A DNA stretch of 64,000 bases, taken from positions 69,130,001-69,194,000 of the forward strand of contig OX597814.1 in the NCBI GenBank assembly GCA_951406725.2, written 5' to 3'. The stretch comes from Octopus vulgaris. Lineage: Eukaryota. Below the pieces are notes generated by a model that was given only the letters and a program-made list of their open reading frames with translations, did not search any database and was not told the origin of the DNA. Position 1 is the first letter of the stretch. Every line of letters begins with the position of its first letter. Of this stretch, positions 1 to 14,398 are shown in pieces. Position numbers and translations under genes: made by a program.

Positions 1-1200
1 ACGACCGGACCTGCGCTGCTCAACCACAGGCCACCTGCCTGGCGAAAGGCTTTTACCTTTGGTTCCAGCCTCATTAACACCATTGTTTGATACATTTGTA
101 TTATACAGTTTCACTCAACATTGAGGTATGTGTTTTAAGGTTAGCCACCAACCGGTATTTTTATCGAGACACCATCTCTAGTAAAATTGTCAACTAAGAC
201 TGCAGAACTCTTACTACACATATGTTGGGCCTGTTCCCTTCGCATTTCTGTGTGTTGGAGACCATGATCGTGATTCTTGCAAGGAGACAGGTGAGCGTCG
301 GTTGGTCCCGCATCTTCATTCAAATATTGCACTGGAGTTGAGTCCCGATTCGCGGTTCATTCATCTTCATCCCAGGTATGGAGCCGTTGAACACTGACAA
401 GCTGTCACCACTAAGGAGTCCAGTCTACCTCAGATTTAAACTTAAATCCAAGACAGACTGCCAACCAAGGCTCACGAGTTCTGTCTACCCGTTTTCGGAA
501 TGGCCATTGGCTTTTCAGAGTTCCTAGTTTTATTTTTAACCCTGCAACGTGTCGAAAATCCACCGGCCTCACCAAGCAAGTTTAGTGAGGTTACCAGTTT
601 AGATACCGACTACACGACGGCCTCACAACGCCACTTGTTAATCATTCTGGGTAATAATTTACTTGTTCACTATTATAATTTCACTATTACTACTATAATC
701 CATATCTTATTATTTACTTGTTCACTACTATAGTTTCACAATTATTACTCAACTTATATTATTACTATAAGGCCGAAAGGTCTTAATATTATCTTCCCTG
801 ATTTCTTTAGACAACAAATAATGGCAGATTTACGGCTGTTGGTTTAGCTACTGCTGATGCTGCGGCGTTAAATAGAGGAGCAGCCTTGTTATGTCTATTA
901 ATACAGGTTGCTAGATTGGACTTCTAGTTGACATGACTGGCAGTGGGTTGGGCACGAGGGGGAGAGGATTTTTGAGAAGAGCGTCGACATGTTGGAACTG
1001 GCAAAGATAAGATATAGAAATTTATAAACAACACCTCCAAGTTTAAAAAAAAAACTATAGTAGTCTATCTATAAAACACCACATCGTATTTACGATAAAG
1101 GAATCTGTCTATGGAAAATCACATCGTAGTTAAGATATAGAAATCTATAAACATCTCAGAGTTTTAGCAAACATAGAAAGTAATAGAAAAGGCTTACATA

Positions 1201-3196
1201 TTATTGTTGTTGTTACTTACTTTTAATCTGCATGTTTGCTACAGTCACGTGCCAAGACACACCTAGCGTCCTAGGGCGAGTGAAGGATAAGTGATGTTAC
1301 AGTATGACTGAAATCTCGGGGAGGGGAAGTGGCAGGGGCAGTAATGAAATATCGTCATGTAATACAACACTAACATTTAAAATGATAGGGTTTTCTAAGG
1401 ATGTGGGCAGTACTTGTCAGCACATTCATTTGGATTTCTCTGACACATGATTCTCCTGAGATGTTATCTAGATGTTTCTGATATCTCTTTTTTATCATAC
1501 CTATGGTACCAACAATAACAGGAACGGTTCTCGCTTTAAGATGCCACATCTTTTTTTTTTCAGTTTCCAGGTCCTTATGTTTATTTAATTTGTCAAATTC
1601 CTTTACAGATATATTTTTATCAAGTATACTTACATCTATTAGTCTACAACAATTTTCTTCCTTGTCTTTAATGACTGTGTCTGGTCGATTAACCTGGATC
1701 GTCCTGTCGGTATTGACTGGGAAATCTCAGAGGATAGTGACATTCTTACCTTCAACGACTGGCTCGGGATGATGTTCATACCAGTAAACAGGAGTGCCGA
1801 TTTTGTAGTGTTAACATATTTTCCAATATAAGCACAGTCCTACCCTATTGTGGCGATTTTTGTATTCGTTTGGTGTTAGCACAGGACATCCCGAGACGAG
1901 ATGGTCTATTGTTTTGTCTAATGTGTCGCAGAATATGCATTTAGGGTGAGAATTGTTTTGAAGAACATTAGCCTTGTAGCTTTTGGTAAACAAACTTTGA
2001 TCTTGTGCCGCCAATATGAAACCTTCAGTCTCAGCTTTCAGTTCTGAACTTCTCAGTCACTGATATGTTGTTGCTTGGTCTACATCAGCATTTCGAATTC
2101 GAAGTATATACTGTCCATGCAGGGGCTTCTGGCTCCAACACTCCTCAGTTTGTTTCTTGCCGTTCGTTTTACAGTCTGCTTGAACCGTTTTGCCTGTTCG
2201 ATGGCAGTGGTTTCAGGTTCTTCATCTAATTCAGAGTTAATGCCAAGTTCCCTTACGAATTTGCATAATTCCTTGACAACAGGATGCAATTTTTGCTGCT
2301 TTCGCGTTTGCACACATGCCGCAGCATCCAGTCCACTATACTAGAAAAGTACCTGTTCATTGCTATTATGGAGATCTTATAGCACAGTTCTACTGGCATC
2401 ATTCTCTTCCCGCATTACTTTTAGGTATGTACAGACGATCAACGCCTGGTTTTGGGTGGTGCATGTTCTTAGATGTTAGTAGTTTTCTTTTCTTCTTGTC
2501 CAGGTGTTGGAGCTCTGTAAGATTCCAGTTAATGATGTTAAAACTGTATTGGACTACTGGAAGCGCCAGGATGTTAATGGCTTCGTTTCGACTTTTGGAG
2601 TTGAGTTCAGTTTTTAGTATGGGTCTTATTTTCCTGTAGTACTCTTTTTCTTATTTTTTCCTTCATAGTAGCATGTCGTTTATCCCCAGGTATTTATAAC
2701 TTTCTTGTGGGTCAAGATCCTTGATAGTAGTGTCGGTATTTAATTTAATGGAAGTTGTTTGTCTGAGCTTACCTCTTACAAAAGTTGCTTTAGCACATTA
2801 ATCGAGGCCGAAATCCATTCTGATGTAATTGTTCCGAACTCTTTAACAGTTGTTAGCAAACTTACTAGCTTTTCGTCATTTCTAGCAAACAGCTTTAGTT
2901 CGTCCAAATAAAATAGATGGTTTATTGTAGCATTATAAACATTCAACCCATACCTGGTGGTATTCAGTTCGTTTGAGAGCGGGATCAGTGCCATGCAAAA
3001 GAATAATGAGGAGAGAGAGTTACCTTGAAAGATGCCTCGCTTGATGTTGCTGGCTCATCCCATTACTGTGGTTTAGATGTGTTTCACTTGGCCATGCTTC
3101 CTTGTAAGAATCTGGAGACGATAGGAGAGATCTTACATATTTCAAGGGCATTGAGTTATGTGGAACACTATCAAACACTTTCCTGTAGTCTATCCA
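1201..3196 (-). mobile_element. R4/Dong-like (RLE-type) non-LTR retrotransposon, 5'-truncated, degraded (copy 1)
   Basis: Minus-strand fragments: WIDYRKVFDSVPH (~3150-3195), HLFYLDELKLFA (RT; ORF 2776-2994), CCHC knuckle CIFC..TIDHLVSGC and RHNRV (ORF 1811-2014), NRPD RLE motif, and C-terminal STAHILRK near 1390. The 5' end abuts (TAA)n. Confidence 0.85.

Positions 3197-3242
<46 letters not shown>
3197..3242. repeat. (ATT)n microsatellite between two R4/Dong-like copies
   Basis: Pure ATT run read directly. Confidence 0.95.
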
Positions 3243-3245
<3 letters not shown>

Positions 3246-5027
3246 TAGTTTTATTTTTATAGCATGCTTTCACTTCACTACCGAGCGCAGCTCTGTGTGC
3301 CTTGGGTATGTGCTATGATTTGTTGTGATGCTCTGATGGTTACTGTATGGAAAGTGTGCTGCGTAGGATGTGTGCAGTGCCTAGTAGTGCAATTTTCTGT
3401 ATGTTATATGTGTTTGTAAGACCTGGTGTTTTTGCAATGTATTTGTCTGAATATTTTTTTATCATGCCTAATGCACCTACTATGATAGGAATTGTTTCTG
3501 TTTTTAGATTCCACATTCTAGTTACCTCTATTTCCAGGTTTTTGTATTTTGAAAGTTTCTCTATTTCTTTTAGAGAAACGTTGTCATCTGCTGGTATTGA
3601 TACATCAATTAGAAAGCAATTTTTTCTTCATGATTTCTGACAACTATATCTGGTTTGTTGGACTTAATTTCTCTATCTGTGTGTATTGGCATATCCCAGA
3701 GTATGGTTGCTTTCTCGTTTTCTGTGACCTATTCTGGTGTGTGCCTATACCATCTTTTTTCTGTTGTTTTTCCATAATGTTGGCATAGCTTCCAGTGTAT
3801 GTAGGTCCCAACTCTGTCGTATCTGTGAATACATTCCTTCATAGCCAGGACAGGGCAGCCAGAGATAATATGATTTATTGTTTCTTGTCCATCTCCACAT
3901 ATTCTGCAGTTACTTGTTATATTTCTTTTCATTACATGTTTTTGGTAATTTCTGTGCTGCAATTAAAAATCCCTCTGTTTCTGCTTTGAGTCCTGAGCTT
4001 CTCAACCATTGCTGGGATTTTTCTTTGTGTATTTCTTTTGCATTTAGTTTAATCCAGTATTTGCCATGAAAGGGCTTTTCTTGCCATCTTTTTATCATGG
4101 TCCGTTGCTGTTCTAGTTTTAGTTTGCATTTCATTTGTTTTATAGCTTTTGTTGTGTTTTCTTCTTCTTCTTCTTCTTCTTCTTCTTCTTCTTCTTCTTC
4201 TTCTTCTTCTTCTTCTTCTTCTTCTTCATATTTGTTAGGTGGTATGATTTCTTGTTTGTATTTTGTCAGCTTCCTTAAATACTGAGAACAATTTTTTGTT
4301 TTGCACATGTTTTGCCGCTATTTGTATCAGTTTTCCTTGCTTCTGAAGTAGGTATTTTTGCAGTCCTACTGTGGTTATTTTATAATAGTTTTCCAGCTTT
4401 ATAAGGCCTCTACCACCTTCTATACGTTGTATATATAGCCTTTCTATGTCAGATTTTGGGTGATGCATCCTAGATCCTGTCATTATTTTTCTTGTTTTCC
4501 TATCTATTTTGGTTAGTTCATTTAGCGTCCAGTTAAGGATATTGTAGCTGTAACTGGGACGGCTAAAGTGTTGATACTTATTATCTTGTTTTTAGCATTG
4601 AACTCTGTTTTTAGTATTGATCTAACTCTTTCATTTGTGTGTGTTGTGTCTTATCTAGTTCATGGATTCCTAAATATTTGTAAGTTTGGCATTGGTCTAA
4701 TTCTCTTATTTCATTGGCTTTATCTAGTGTGATGTTGCTACTCTTAACTAGTTTTCCTCTTTTCAGGGTTACTTTGGCGCATTTTTCTAATCCAAATTTC
4801 ATATCTATTTCTTTAGTAAATCCATGAACTGTCTTTAGTAGTGTTTCCAGCTGTTTGTTATTTGTAGCGTATAGTTTTAGGTCATCCATATATAAAAGGT
4901 GGCTGATCGTTTTGCCGTAACATTTATATCCGCATCCAGTTCTGTTTAGCATATCAGATAGAGGTGACAGTGCCAAGCAGAAAAGGAGTGGAGAGAGCGT
5001 GTCTCCCTGGAATATTCGTCCTCTACT
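3243..5027 (-). mobile_element. R4/Dong-like non-LTR retrotransposon, 5'-truncated within RT (copy 2)
   Basis: IFQGDTLSPLLFCLAL, HLLYMDDLKLYA, KFGLEKCA, YKYLG, ETEGFLIAAQ, CRICG..ETINHIISGC, KPDI, GTAHILRSTLS. The 3' end joins (TAA)n on the minus strand. Confidence 0.9.
4159..4227. repeat. (TTC)n microsatellite expanded inside the R4-like ORF (poly-Glu in frame)
   Basis: Pure TTC run; poly-E in ORF 3910-4308. Confidence 0.95.
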
Positions 5028-5028
5028 T

Positions 5029-5090
<62 letters not shown>
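5029..5090. repeat. (TAA)n microsatellite
   Basis: Pure TAA run. Confidence 0.95.
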
Positions 5091-5093
<3 letters not shown>

Positions 5094-5096
5094 TAA

Positions 5097-5995
<899 letters not shown>

Positions 5996-6217
5996 CGAGC
6001 AGAAAGATCGTCCGGAGAGCGGTTTTCTGCTAGCCACTCGATAATATTTCCTCATTTGATTCCCAATTCTAATAATTTTTATAATATTTTACGTCTAATT
6101 ATTTCTTTGTATAATAGTGCTCACTTGCTTAGTAAATATTGCTTTCATTATTTTATAAATCATAATCTCTCTTTTTTAAAGAGTCAATTAATAATTGGCA
6201 GAACTTACATAGGTGTG

Positions 6218-6309
<92 letters not shown>
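6218..6309. repeat. (GATA)n array 1
   Basis: Pure GATA run. Confidence 0.95.
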
Positions 6310-9300
6310 TCTTTTTATTATGGCCACACAGGGCTACACACAGAAAATAGACGAAATACAATGTAGAGTTTTTCTTTTCGAGGTGGGATGGGTGGGACAT
6401 ACAAAGAAAACGTTTGATCAATAGGGATCGTTGGGCCGTGTGGTGTACAAAAAAGAAAGAAATATATAAAGTTCCCCCAAAAAAGGTGGTGAATCGATAT
6501 TGTTCACAGCTTAGGTGTAGCCTTGGAAAGAAAAACCTACAAAAAAGACATAGTTCTAAAAGTACATAAGAGTTAAAAGGAGGACTGGGCATGCCGTGGT
6601 TAATGATGCGCAGGCATGCACTGAGACTGCGGCATCTCTGGAACTTCATCGATGACGGTGAACAGGTGTGAGCGCCGTTTGTGAGGCGCGCCTTCCCGCA
6701 GCTCGTTTCACTGACCGAACTGCAAACATGGATAAAAAAGAAACCGAAACTGGGCGATTGGCACCTTTCCTCTCGTTATAGATTTATGCTTAAAATGGTG
6801 TCGTCTTTCATACTGACCATTCTTGCCACATTTACCCATTTTTTATTGAAACTTTCATTCGACAACACTTTCCTCTCTATTCTCATCCTCCTTGAAAAAG
6901 TTGACGAGAGACTGACCAGAGAGGAAAGTGTTTGTTTGTAAGCCTTTCAAACGTGTCCACCACACGCATTCTTTCGCCATAGCTATCAGTGTTACGAAAA
7001 CTGTTTTTCCTTCCCGTTTAAAGGAAGGTGGCGAAACAATATTCACGATAGACTCGGCCGATAAGCGGGCCCGTCCTACACGCGACAACAGCTGTTCGAC
7101 GAAGGTCCACAGCTCTGCGTGCAGAACAGTTTCGTCGCTCTGACCGCATCTCAAGCAGGTCGGTCCGGTGGTTTTCGAACCGTGTCTGTAGATCTCTCGA
7201 ACTGGTAGTGCGTCCCGATAGCATTGCCAAGCCAGAGATCTCTGAAAGTTATCCATAGGCCCCGGCTCGAACGTCGTCCTGAAAATGCGGGTTAGGAATT
7301 TCTCGTCGACGCTCAGGTTTGCCCCGAGTGTGCCGTCGGACCTCCCCTCCACTAGACCTCTATAGAACGCGTTGGTCGTTTGTAAGTTGCACAAGTTTGA
7401 TCTCGAACGACAGAGCTGCTGTAGAGCTTGGCGACACTCTCGGTGCCAATCGCCCAGTTTCGGTTTCTTTTTGATCCATGTTTGCAGTTCGGTCAGTGAA
7501 ACGAGCTGCGGGAAGGCGCGCCTCACAAACGGCGCTCACACCTGTTCACCGTCATCGATGAAGTTCCAGAGATGCCGCAGTCTCAGTGCATGCCTGCGCA
7601 TCATTAACCACGGCATGCCCAGTCCTCCTTTTAACGGATGTTGACAGCAAATGGATCGCCTCACCATCGGAACGCCACCCTTCAACAGAAAGCGGAAGAG
7701 TATGCGTTCTAGTTTCGTGATGGTAGCATCGGAACAAGGCACGACGGTCAGGTGGTAATCGATGATTGATGCGATATACGCATTAGCCACCTCGCCCGAC
7801 ATTTTAGAGACAGCTTTCTCTCGGCCCATGTTTGGCTGAGAGCGACCACTCAACTCGTGATCCCGTCCCAGTTCTTATCCATTTGGAGGTCCGGACTGAA
7901 CCAGACCCCGAGCAATTTAACCGGTCCGTCCGTCCAGCGTCCCACTACTGAGCCGCAGTCGGACGGCATGGGTTTGCTTCTCCAGGTGCCGAGTAGCAAA
8001 CCCACTGACTTTTCCGGGTTAATTGTCGCTCCCGTCACCGTTTCGTATTCTTTTAGTGTCTCGCCTATCATCTCGATGTGTTTTTCGCTCGACACTATGA
8101 CGGTAACATCGTCCGCATATGCCGACACGCTCGTCCCGCAACCCAGTTCCTGTGGGATGCCCCTCAGTGTCGCCAGCTTCCGCAGTAGCGGCTCGAGAGT
8201 CAATACATACAGAAGCGCCGACAGGGGACACCCCTGACGGACCGAACGCGTGATGTCAAACGGTTTCGACAGGTGACCGTTCACCCGAATCACAGAATGG
8301 ATGCCGCTATACAAGGCAGCGATCCAACCGCGGAAGACGGGACCGAAGCCAGCCGCCCTGAGGACGGCCGCCAAGTACCGATGGTCGACCCTATCGAAGG
8401 CTTTAGACTGATCCAAATTGATCAGCGCCCCACCCATGCCATCCTTAACTACCCTGTCCACAATGTAGCGCATCAGATGGAGGTTGTCATGTATGGTTCT
8501 GCCCGGCACGGCGCATGTTTGCGCCCTGTCGACCAGTTTACCAATGACAAGCGCCAACCTCTCAGCTATTACTTTGGCCAAAATTTTCAAATCTGCGTTG
8601 AGCAGAGTGATGGGCCTGAAATTATCTATAAAATTCCCCTTGTTTGGGTGTTTCTTCAGCAACGTCACTGCACCTCGGCTCACGAAACCGGGGATTCTCC
8701 CGTTTTGTTGCCAGTTGCAGTAGACTGATGCTAAGAGGTCGCCAAACAAGTCTGGCATTTCACAATACAGCTCGTAGGGTAGACCATCCAATCCAGGCGA
8801 CTTATCCCTCGCACATCCTTTCGGGTTCGAGTAAACGGCATCCCTGTAGATCTATTAGAGACCGAATGGTGGTTCTGTTGCCACGTTGCGCCTCCGCTAC
8901 CCGGGCCTCTCGCGCAGCTTCGATCCCTTCGTTCCTTAAGGCACGCATTTCAGCTCTGACGACGTTAATATGTATGTTTGTAGAAAGTGTTGTTGTTTTG
9001 TGCGGTGTTTGTGTTGTTGTGGTGTTAGGGGTAGAATTTGTCTTCTCGTCACTGTTATCTGTTTTCTTAGTTGTCGTCCTTGGTGCTGGTGTTGGTCTGT
9101 TTTTTGATGTTGGTTGTGGTTTCGTTTCTTTATTTGGTTGCGACGTCAACGGTAATTGTGTTGGTGCTGTTTCTTTTCTCGATTTGAATGGTCACCTCTA
9201 TCGATTTACCAACCCAATTATCATTTTTGAACACGGCAATTTCCAAAATGTTTATTGATTTTAAGTGGTAACATATCGCCGATGTTATCCATTTGTTTGG

Positions 9301-10493
9301 GATTTCCTGCGGGACATTTTTTATTCTTATCTTACTTACTCTTTGGCTTCTGTAATACGGAATCATTATGAGTTCATCATTTTGTAGCGTTTCTGTAGAG
9401 TGGGCTTTTGCTTCTTCCTGATTATGGAAGCGGACTACCACTATATTAAACTGGGGACCCCAGTTTATGTATTCTTTTATTTTCATGATGTTTTTCGTGC
9501 ATTTTTCTACGTCCGTTTTTGTTATTTGTTCGTTTTGTTTTTTTTTGGTTTTTTCTAATAATTCTATATATAATTGTTCTTTTTTCTATTTCTTCTTTAA
9601 TGTGTTGTGGTGTATGTAGTATTAAATTTTGCCCTGAAGTTGTGAAAAGTGATCTTGTCTCTATCAACTCTTCATTTGTGAACTGTATAATTTCTTTTTT
9701 CTGACGCAGGGTGCCAGCGAAATTCACAGTTCTCTTCTGGCAGTTGTTGTCGTTGTGTCTTTTTGTTGTTGCTGTATCAGAATTATTGTTGGTTGTTGTA
9801 GTGTTTGTAGCTTTTTCAATGTTAATATTATCATCACCATTAGGTGAGATAATCAAATCTTGCAAAACATCGTGGTCGTTTATATTTACTTCATTTTTGT
9901 TGTTAACGGTTGTTGTGTCAGTTTTAGTTCTATCATTGGTGTTGGTGGTTGTGGTGGTGGTGGTGTTGATTTCAGTTTTATCTTTCTTTATATCAGCGTC
10001 TTTGTTGACTGTCTTTTCCAAAACAGGGAAGTCCTCCTTAGACAAAATCATAGAATATTGTTCTACGATAAGATTTCTCGACATTTTTTTTTCGAGAAAA
10101 ATAAAAATCAATTGATGAAAGTGCCCCTAAAGGCGAATTCTACGTATAAAAAACACCCAAACGAAAGTTGGGCGTTTGAAAAGTTGAAAAACTCCGAAAA
10201 TGTAAAAAGTAAACAAATGGATGCAAACGAGCGAAAGAGAACAGCGCCTATGCGTTATGAGAAACGCTTTGGCGACATTGTGTGAAAAACAAGCTATGGC
10301 AGCAAAAATTTTGATATATAATCGAGGCTGAACTTGCCCCTAGGGGCAAAATCCCCTCTGGAAAACACACCCAGACGAAAGCTAGGTGTCTTACACACTC
10401 CGTGTGTAAAAATTGAAACGAAACTTTTTCAAAAATACAATAAAAAAAGCTTTTGACTTACGAGCCACTCTGTCAATGAATACTATCGATCGG
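6310..10493 (-). mobile_element. Tx1-clade (L1 group) LINE copy A, both ends present but internally deleted
   Basis: ORF 7850-8791 has DGLPYELY, FRPITLLNADLKI, LDQSKAFDRVDH, VRQGCPLS and AYADD. C-terminal CLRC..ETVLHA is present, with an ORF1 remnant at 8966-10111. APE and the ORF1 knuckle are lost by deletions (ORF1 fused to ORF2 near 8965). Flanked by (GATA)n. Confidence 0.9.
6572..6765 (+). repeat. 194-bp inverted copy of 7442-7635 inserted in the 3' UTR of copy A
   Basis: Reverse-complement match with one mismatch seen; both copies translate to RRAFPQLVSLTELQTWIKKKPKLGDWH. Confidence 0.9.

Positions 10494-10577
<84 letters not shown>
10494..10577. repeat. (GATA)n array 2
   Basis: Pure GATA run. 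Confidence 0.95.
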
Positions 10578-10578
<1 letters not shown>

Positions 10579-10956
10579 GTTTCTTTATTAGCCACACAGG
10601 GCTGCACAGAGATGGGACAAATTACAAGGTAGAGCTTTTCTTTTTGGAGATTAAAAAAAAAGTGGCGTAGGTTTTCGATCAAAAGGGATCGTAAAAGGGA
10701 AAAAAAGGAAAAGAAACAAAAGAAGAGAAAAAAGAAAAAAGAAGAAAAAAAAAGGGAAAAAGGTGAAGAGGAAAAAAATTATCAATAGGGATCGTGTATC
10801 ACAGTGTCATGATGTACGGTGTAAAGGGGGAAGCAGATAAGGTTTATCCGTGGGAAGAGAAGCCTACGAAAAAGACCACGGTAACCTCCGTCAATATTGT
10901 TATATGTTACCACATTTGTTTGCAAGTGGGTAACCCTCTGTTATCAATTTCTGGAT

Positions 10957-13900
10957 TCATAGGATTATGCTCAAGGTGGCTTCGTCATTCATACGTGCCA
11001 TCCTTGCTACATTCACCCATCTTTTTTTAAAACATTCGCTAGACAAAACTTGCCTCTCTACTCTCACTTTCCTTTTCAAGTGATACTTGAAGAAGTTGAT
11101 GAGAGATTGACCAGAGTAAAAGTGTTTGTCTCCAATCCTTTCAGATGCGTCCACCAGATACATTCTTTCGCCATAGCCACAAGGATGATGAAAATAGCTC
11201 TTCCTTCCCGTTTGAAGGAAGGAGGCGTGACAATATTGACGATAGACTCAGCTGATAAACCGACACGTCCCACATGTGACAGCAGTTGTTCGACATAAGC
11301 CCACAGGTCGGAAATTGTTGAACACTGCACGAGTGCGTGCAGAACGGATTCGTCGCTCTGACCGCATCTCGGGCAGGTCGGCCCCGTGTTTCTCGAGCCG
11401 TGTCTGTAGAGCTTATCCCGAACAAGTAGCACTTCTCGGTAGCACTGCCAGGCCAGGAATCTCTGGAAGTTGTCCATGGGACCTAGCCCGAACAGGCGGG
11501 TCAGGTATTCCTCGTCGACGTCCAGGTTCGTCCCAAGATCGTCGTCGTACCTCCCCTCCACTAATCCCCTATAGAATGCGTGGGTTGCGTTGGAGTCACT
11601 CAAGGTCGACCCGGGACGGCATAGTTGCTTGAGAGCAACGCGACACTCGCGGTGCCATTCGCCCTTCCTCGGCCTCTTTTTGATCCACGACTGCAGTTCT
11701 GTCATGGAGACGAGCTGCGGGAAAGCGTGCCTCACAAACGGCGACCACACCTGTTCACCGTCGTCTACGTAGAGCCTGAGGCGTGTCTGCGCATCATCAA
11801 CCACGGCATGCCCAGGCCTCCTTTTAACGGGTGTTGACAGCAAATGGATCGCCTGACCATCGGGACGCATCCTTTCCACAAGAAGCGAAAGAGAATGCGA
11901 TCTAGTTTGGTGATGGTAGGGTCGGGACAAGGCACGACGGTCAGGCGGTAGTAGATGACGGACACGATGTACGTGTTCGCCACCTCCGCCCGACTTTTTA
12001 GGGACAGTTTCCTCTCGGCCCATTGCCGGGTGAGAGTGACCACCCTACTCGTTATCTCGTTCCAGTTCTTCTCCATTTGGAGGTCCGGACCGAACCAGAC
12101 CTCGAACAACTCGACCGGACCGTCGGTCCAGCGTCCCACGACGGAGGTGCTGGTGGACGGCATGGACTTGCTTCTCCAGGTGCCGAGTCGCAAGCCCACT
12201 GATTTTTCTCGGTTGATTTTTGCTCCTATCACCGCTTCGTAGTTTTTCAGTGTCTCGCCGACCTGCTCGATGTGCTCGTGGCTAGACACTATGATGGTGA
12301 CGTCATCCGCGTATGCAGACACGCTCGTCCCGCATCCCAGTTCTCGCGGGATGCCCCTCAGAGTTACCAGCTTCCGCAATAATGGCTCGAGAGTCAATAC
12401 GTATAGAAGCGACGAGAGGGGGCATCCCTGACGGACCGAACGTGCGATGTTGAAAGGTCTCGATAGATGTCCATTTACGCGAATTATCGAACGGATGCCT
12501 CTGTACAAAGCGGCTATCCATCCGCGGAAGACGGGACCGAAACCAGCCGCTCTGAGGACAGCCTCCAAGTATCGATGGTCTACCCTATCGAAAGCTTTCG
12601 ATTGATCCAAATTGATCAGGGCCCCACCCATGCCAGGTTCCTTAACTACCCTGTCTATGATGTAGCACATCAGGTGGAGGTTGTCATGGATGCTCCGGCC
12701 CGGCACGGCGCACGTTTGCGCCTTGTTGACCAGTTTCTCGATGACAAGCGCCAACCTCTTGACTAACACCGTGGCCATAATTTTCAAGTCTGCATTAAGC
12801 AGAGTGATGGGCCTAAAGTTATCTATTACATTCCCCTTGTTTAGATCTTTCTTCAGCAGTGTTACGGCTCCTCGGCTCACAAAACCAGGAATGCTCCCGT
12901 TTTGCTGCCAGTTGTAGTACACCACAGCCAAGTCTTCCTCAAACAAGTCTGGCATACAACTGTAAAGCTCGTAGGGTAGACCATCAAGACCCGGCGATTT
13001 GTCCCTCGAGCATTTTGCCATCGCGTCCTGCACTTCTGCCCCTGTGATGGCACGTTTGCAGCGCCCTGCGTCTCTTGACGAGAGTCGTGGTAGGCTGTGT
13101 AGGTAGGCACTGAAGTCCACCCTACGTTCTTGCCCGCCACTCGTCCCGAACAGTCGGGCAAAATGCTGTTGAAAGGCTTCACACATTTTACTTGGCTCGA
13201 GCAATTCGCGCCCCTGTTCATCTACCAGAGACCGAATGGTGGCTTTGTTGCTCTGTTGCGCTTCTGCCACCCGGACCTCTCTTACGGCTCCAACACCTTC
13301 CACCCTTAGAGCACACATCCTAGCTCTGACAACACACCCTTCGTGTTTGGTGTTGAAGTGTTGGTCGAGGTCCAAACTCGCCGCCAAAACGTCGGGTGCG
13401 ATGCCGCTTCTAATTGCCTCTTCTAGCTTCTTAACTAGCTCACCCTCTACTCTATTTCTATCTATGGCTAGTGCTTTACTGTACCTAATCGCTTCTGCTT
13501 TTACTGCTCTCTTGAGGGCAAACCACCATTTGTTGTTGACGATGGCTCCCGTCAAAGCCCTCTTTACTAGTGTGCTAATCCGGTCTCTGAAAACATGTCT
13601 CGATGGGAAAGACGCGTTTAGTTTCCAGTATCCGGGACCCTGCTTATGTGTCTACCTAAGTCTAGTGTACATGTAATCCGTGTAGCTGACTATGTGGGAA
13701 TTGTGGACATCCTATGTTATGTCTATCAACTGTCCTACACAGTATCCTATCTAGATACGATCTCGACGACCCACTGCGGTTGCTCCATGTCCACGTTGGC
13801 GCATTCGGGTGGTCTAGTCGGAACCTGTCAGACAGTTGAAAGCGTCTGAGCAGGTCTCTGAGGCATTTGCATCCCCGTCTATTCCTATCTCTGCCCACGT

Positions 13901-14354
13901 AGTCTAGATGCGTGTCCAAGGTAGCATTCCAATCCTCCACTAAGAGTAAAGGGCGAGAGGTTTCCAAGAATACTTCTAGACGTTGAAAGAAATCCGCCCG
14001 ACCTGTTAAGGGCGGTGCGTAGACTGATACGAGTCGAAAAGCGCACCCATTGTTGCCGTCGACATCCAGGACGACCAGTCTACCCTCCGGGTCTACGAAT
14101 GTTGTCTTTACTTTGAGATCCAGACTCTTGCGAAAAAGTACCGCGGTGCCACTACCGCCCATTCTTGGCAGACAAGGGGAAAAATAAATGTTGAACTGTC
14201 CGCCAAACATGGTCTTTAGGGCCCGTGGATTGTGGAGTCTGGTCTCACTTATTGCTATGATTTCTAACTTGTGTGACTTTATGTCATTTAAGAGGTACCC
14301 TTGTTTCCAAGGGGACCCCAAGCCACGCGCATTTACACAACCAATCTTGATCAT
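10957..14354 (-). pseudogene. Copy B ORF2 (APE endonuclease, reverse transcriptase, C-terminal CCHC), frameshifted
   Basis: MIKIGCVNARGL, ISET, VYAP, DWN, SYLDRI (13662-14354); RT motifs in 11765-13555; CPRC..ESVLHALVQC in 11076-12023. Confidence 0.9.
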
Positions 14355-14398
14355 AATCCTAATGAATTAGAATACAAGTGAAAGGAACAGAGGGTTAC

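Noticed and set aside
1-1200. Short ORFs 141-332 and 500-733
   Set aside because: No recognisable motif and frequent stops in adjoining frames; possibly an old repeat, but unassignable.
5996-6032. Small hairpin GCAGAAA..TTTTCTGCTAG resembling a Helitron 3' end
   Set aside because: No matching 5' end or body can be linked to it.
10321-10392. Possible ribozyme in the 5' UTR of LINE copy A (CTGAAC..hairpin..GAAA)
   Set aside because: Lacks the CUGANGA core, and I could not build an HDV-like pseudoknot.
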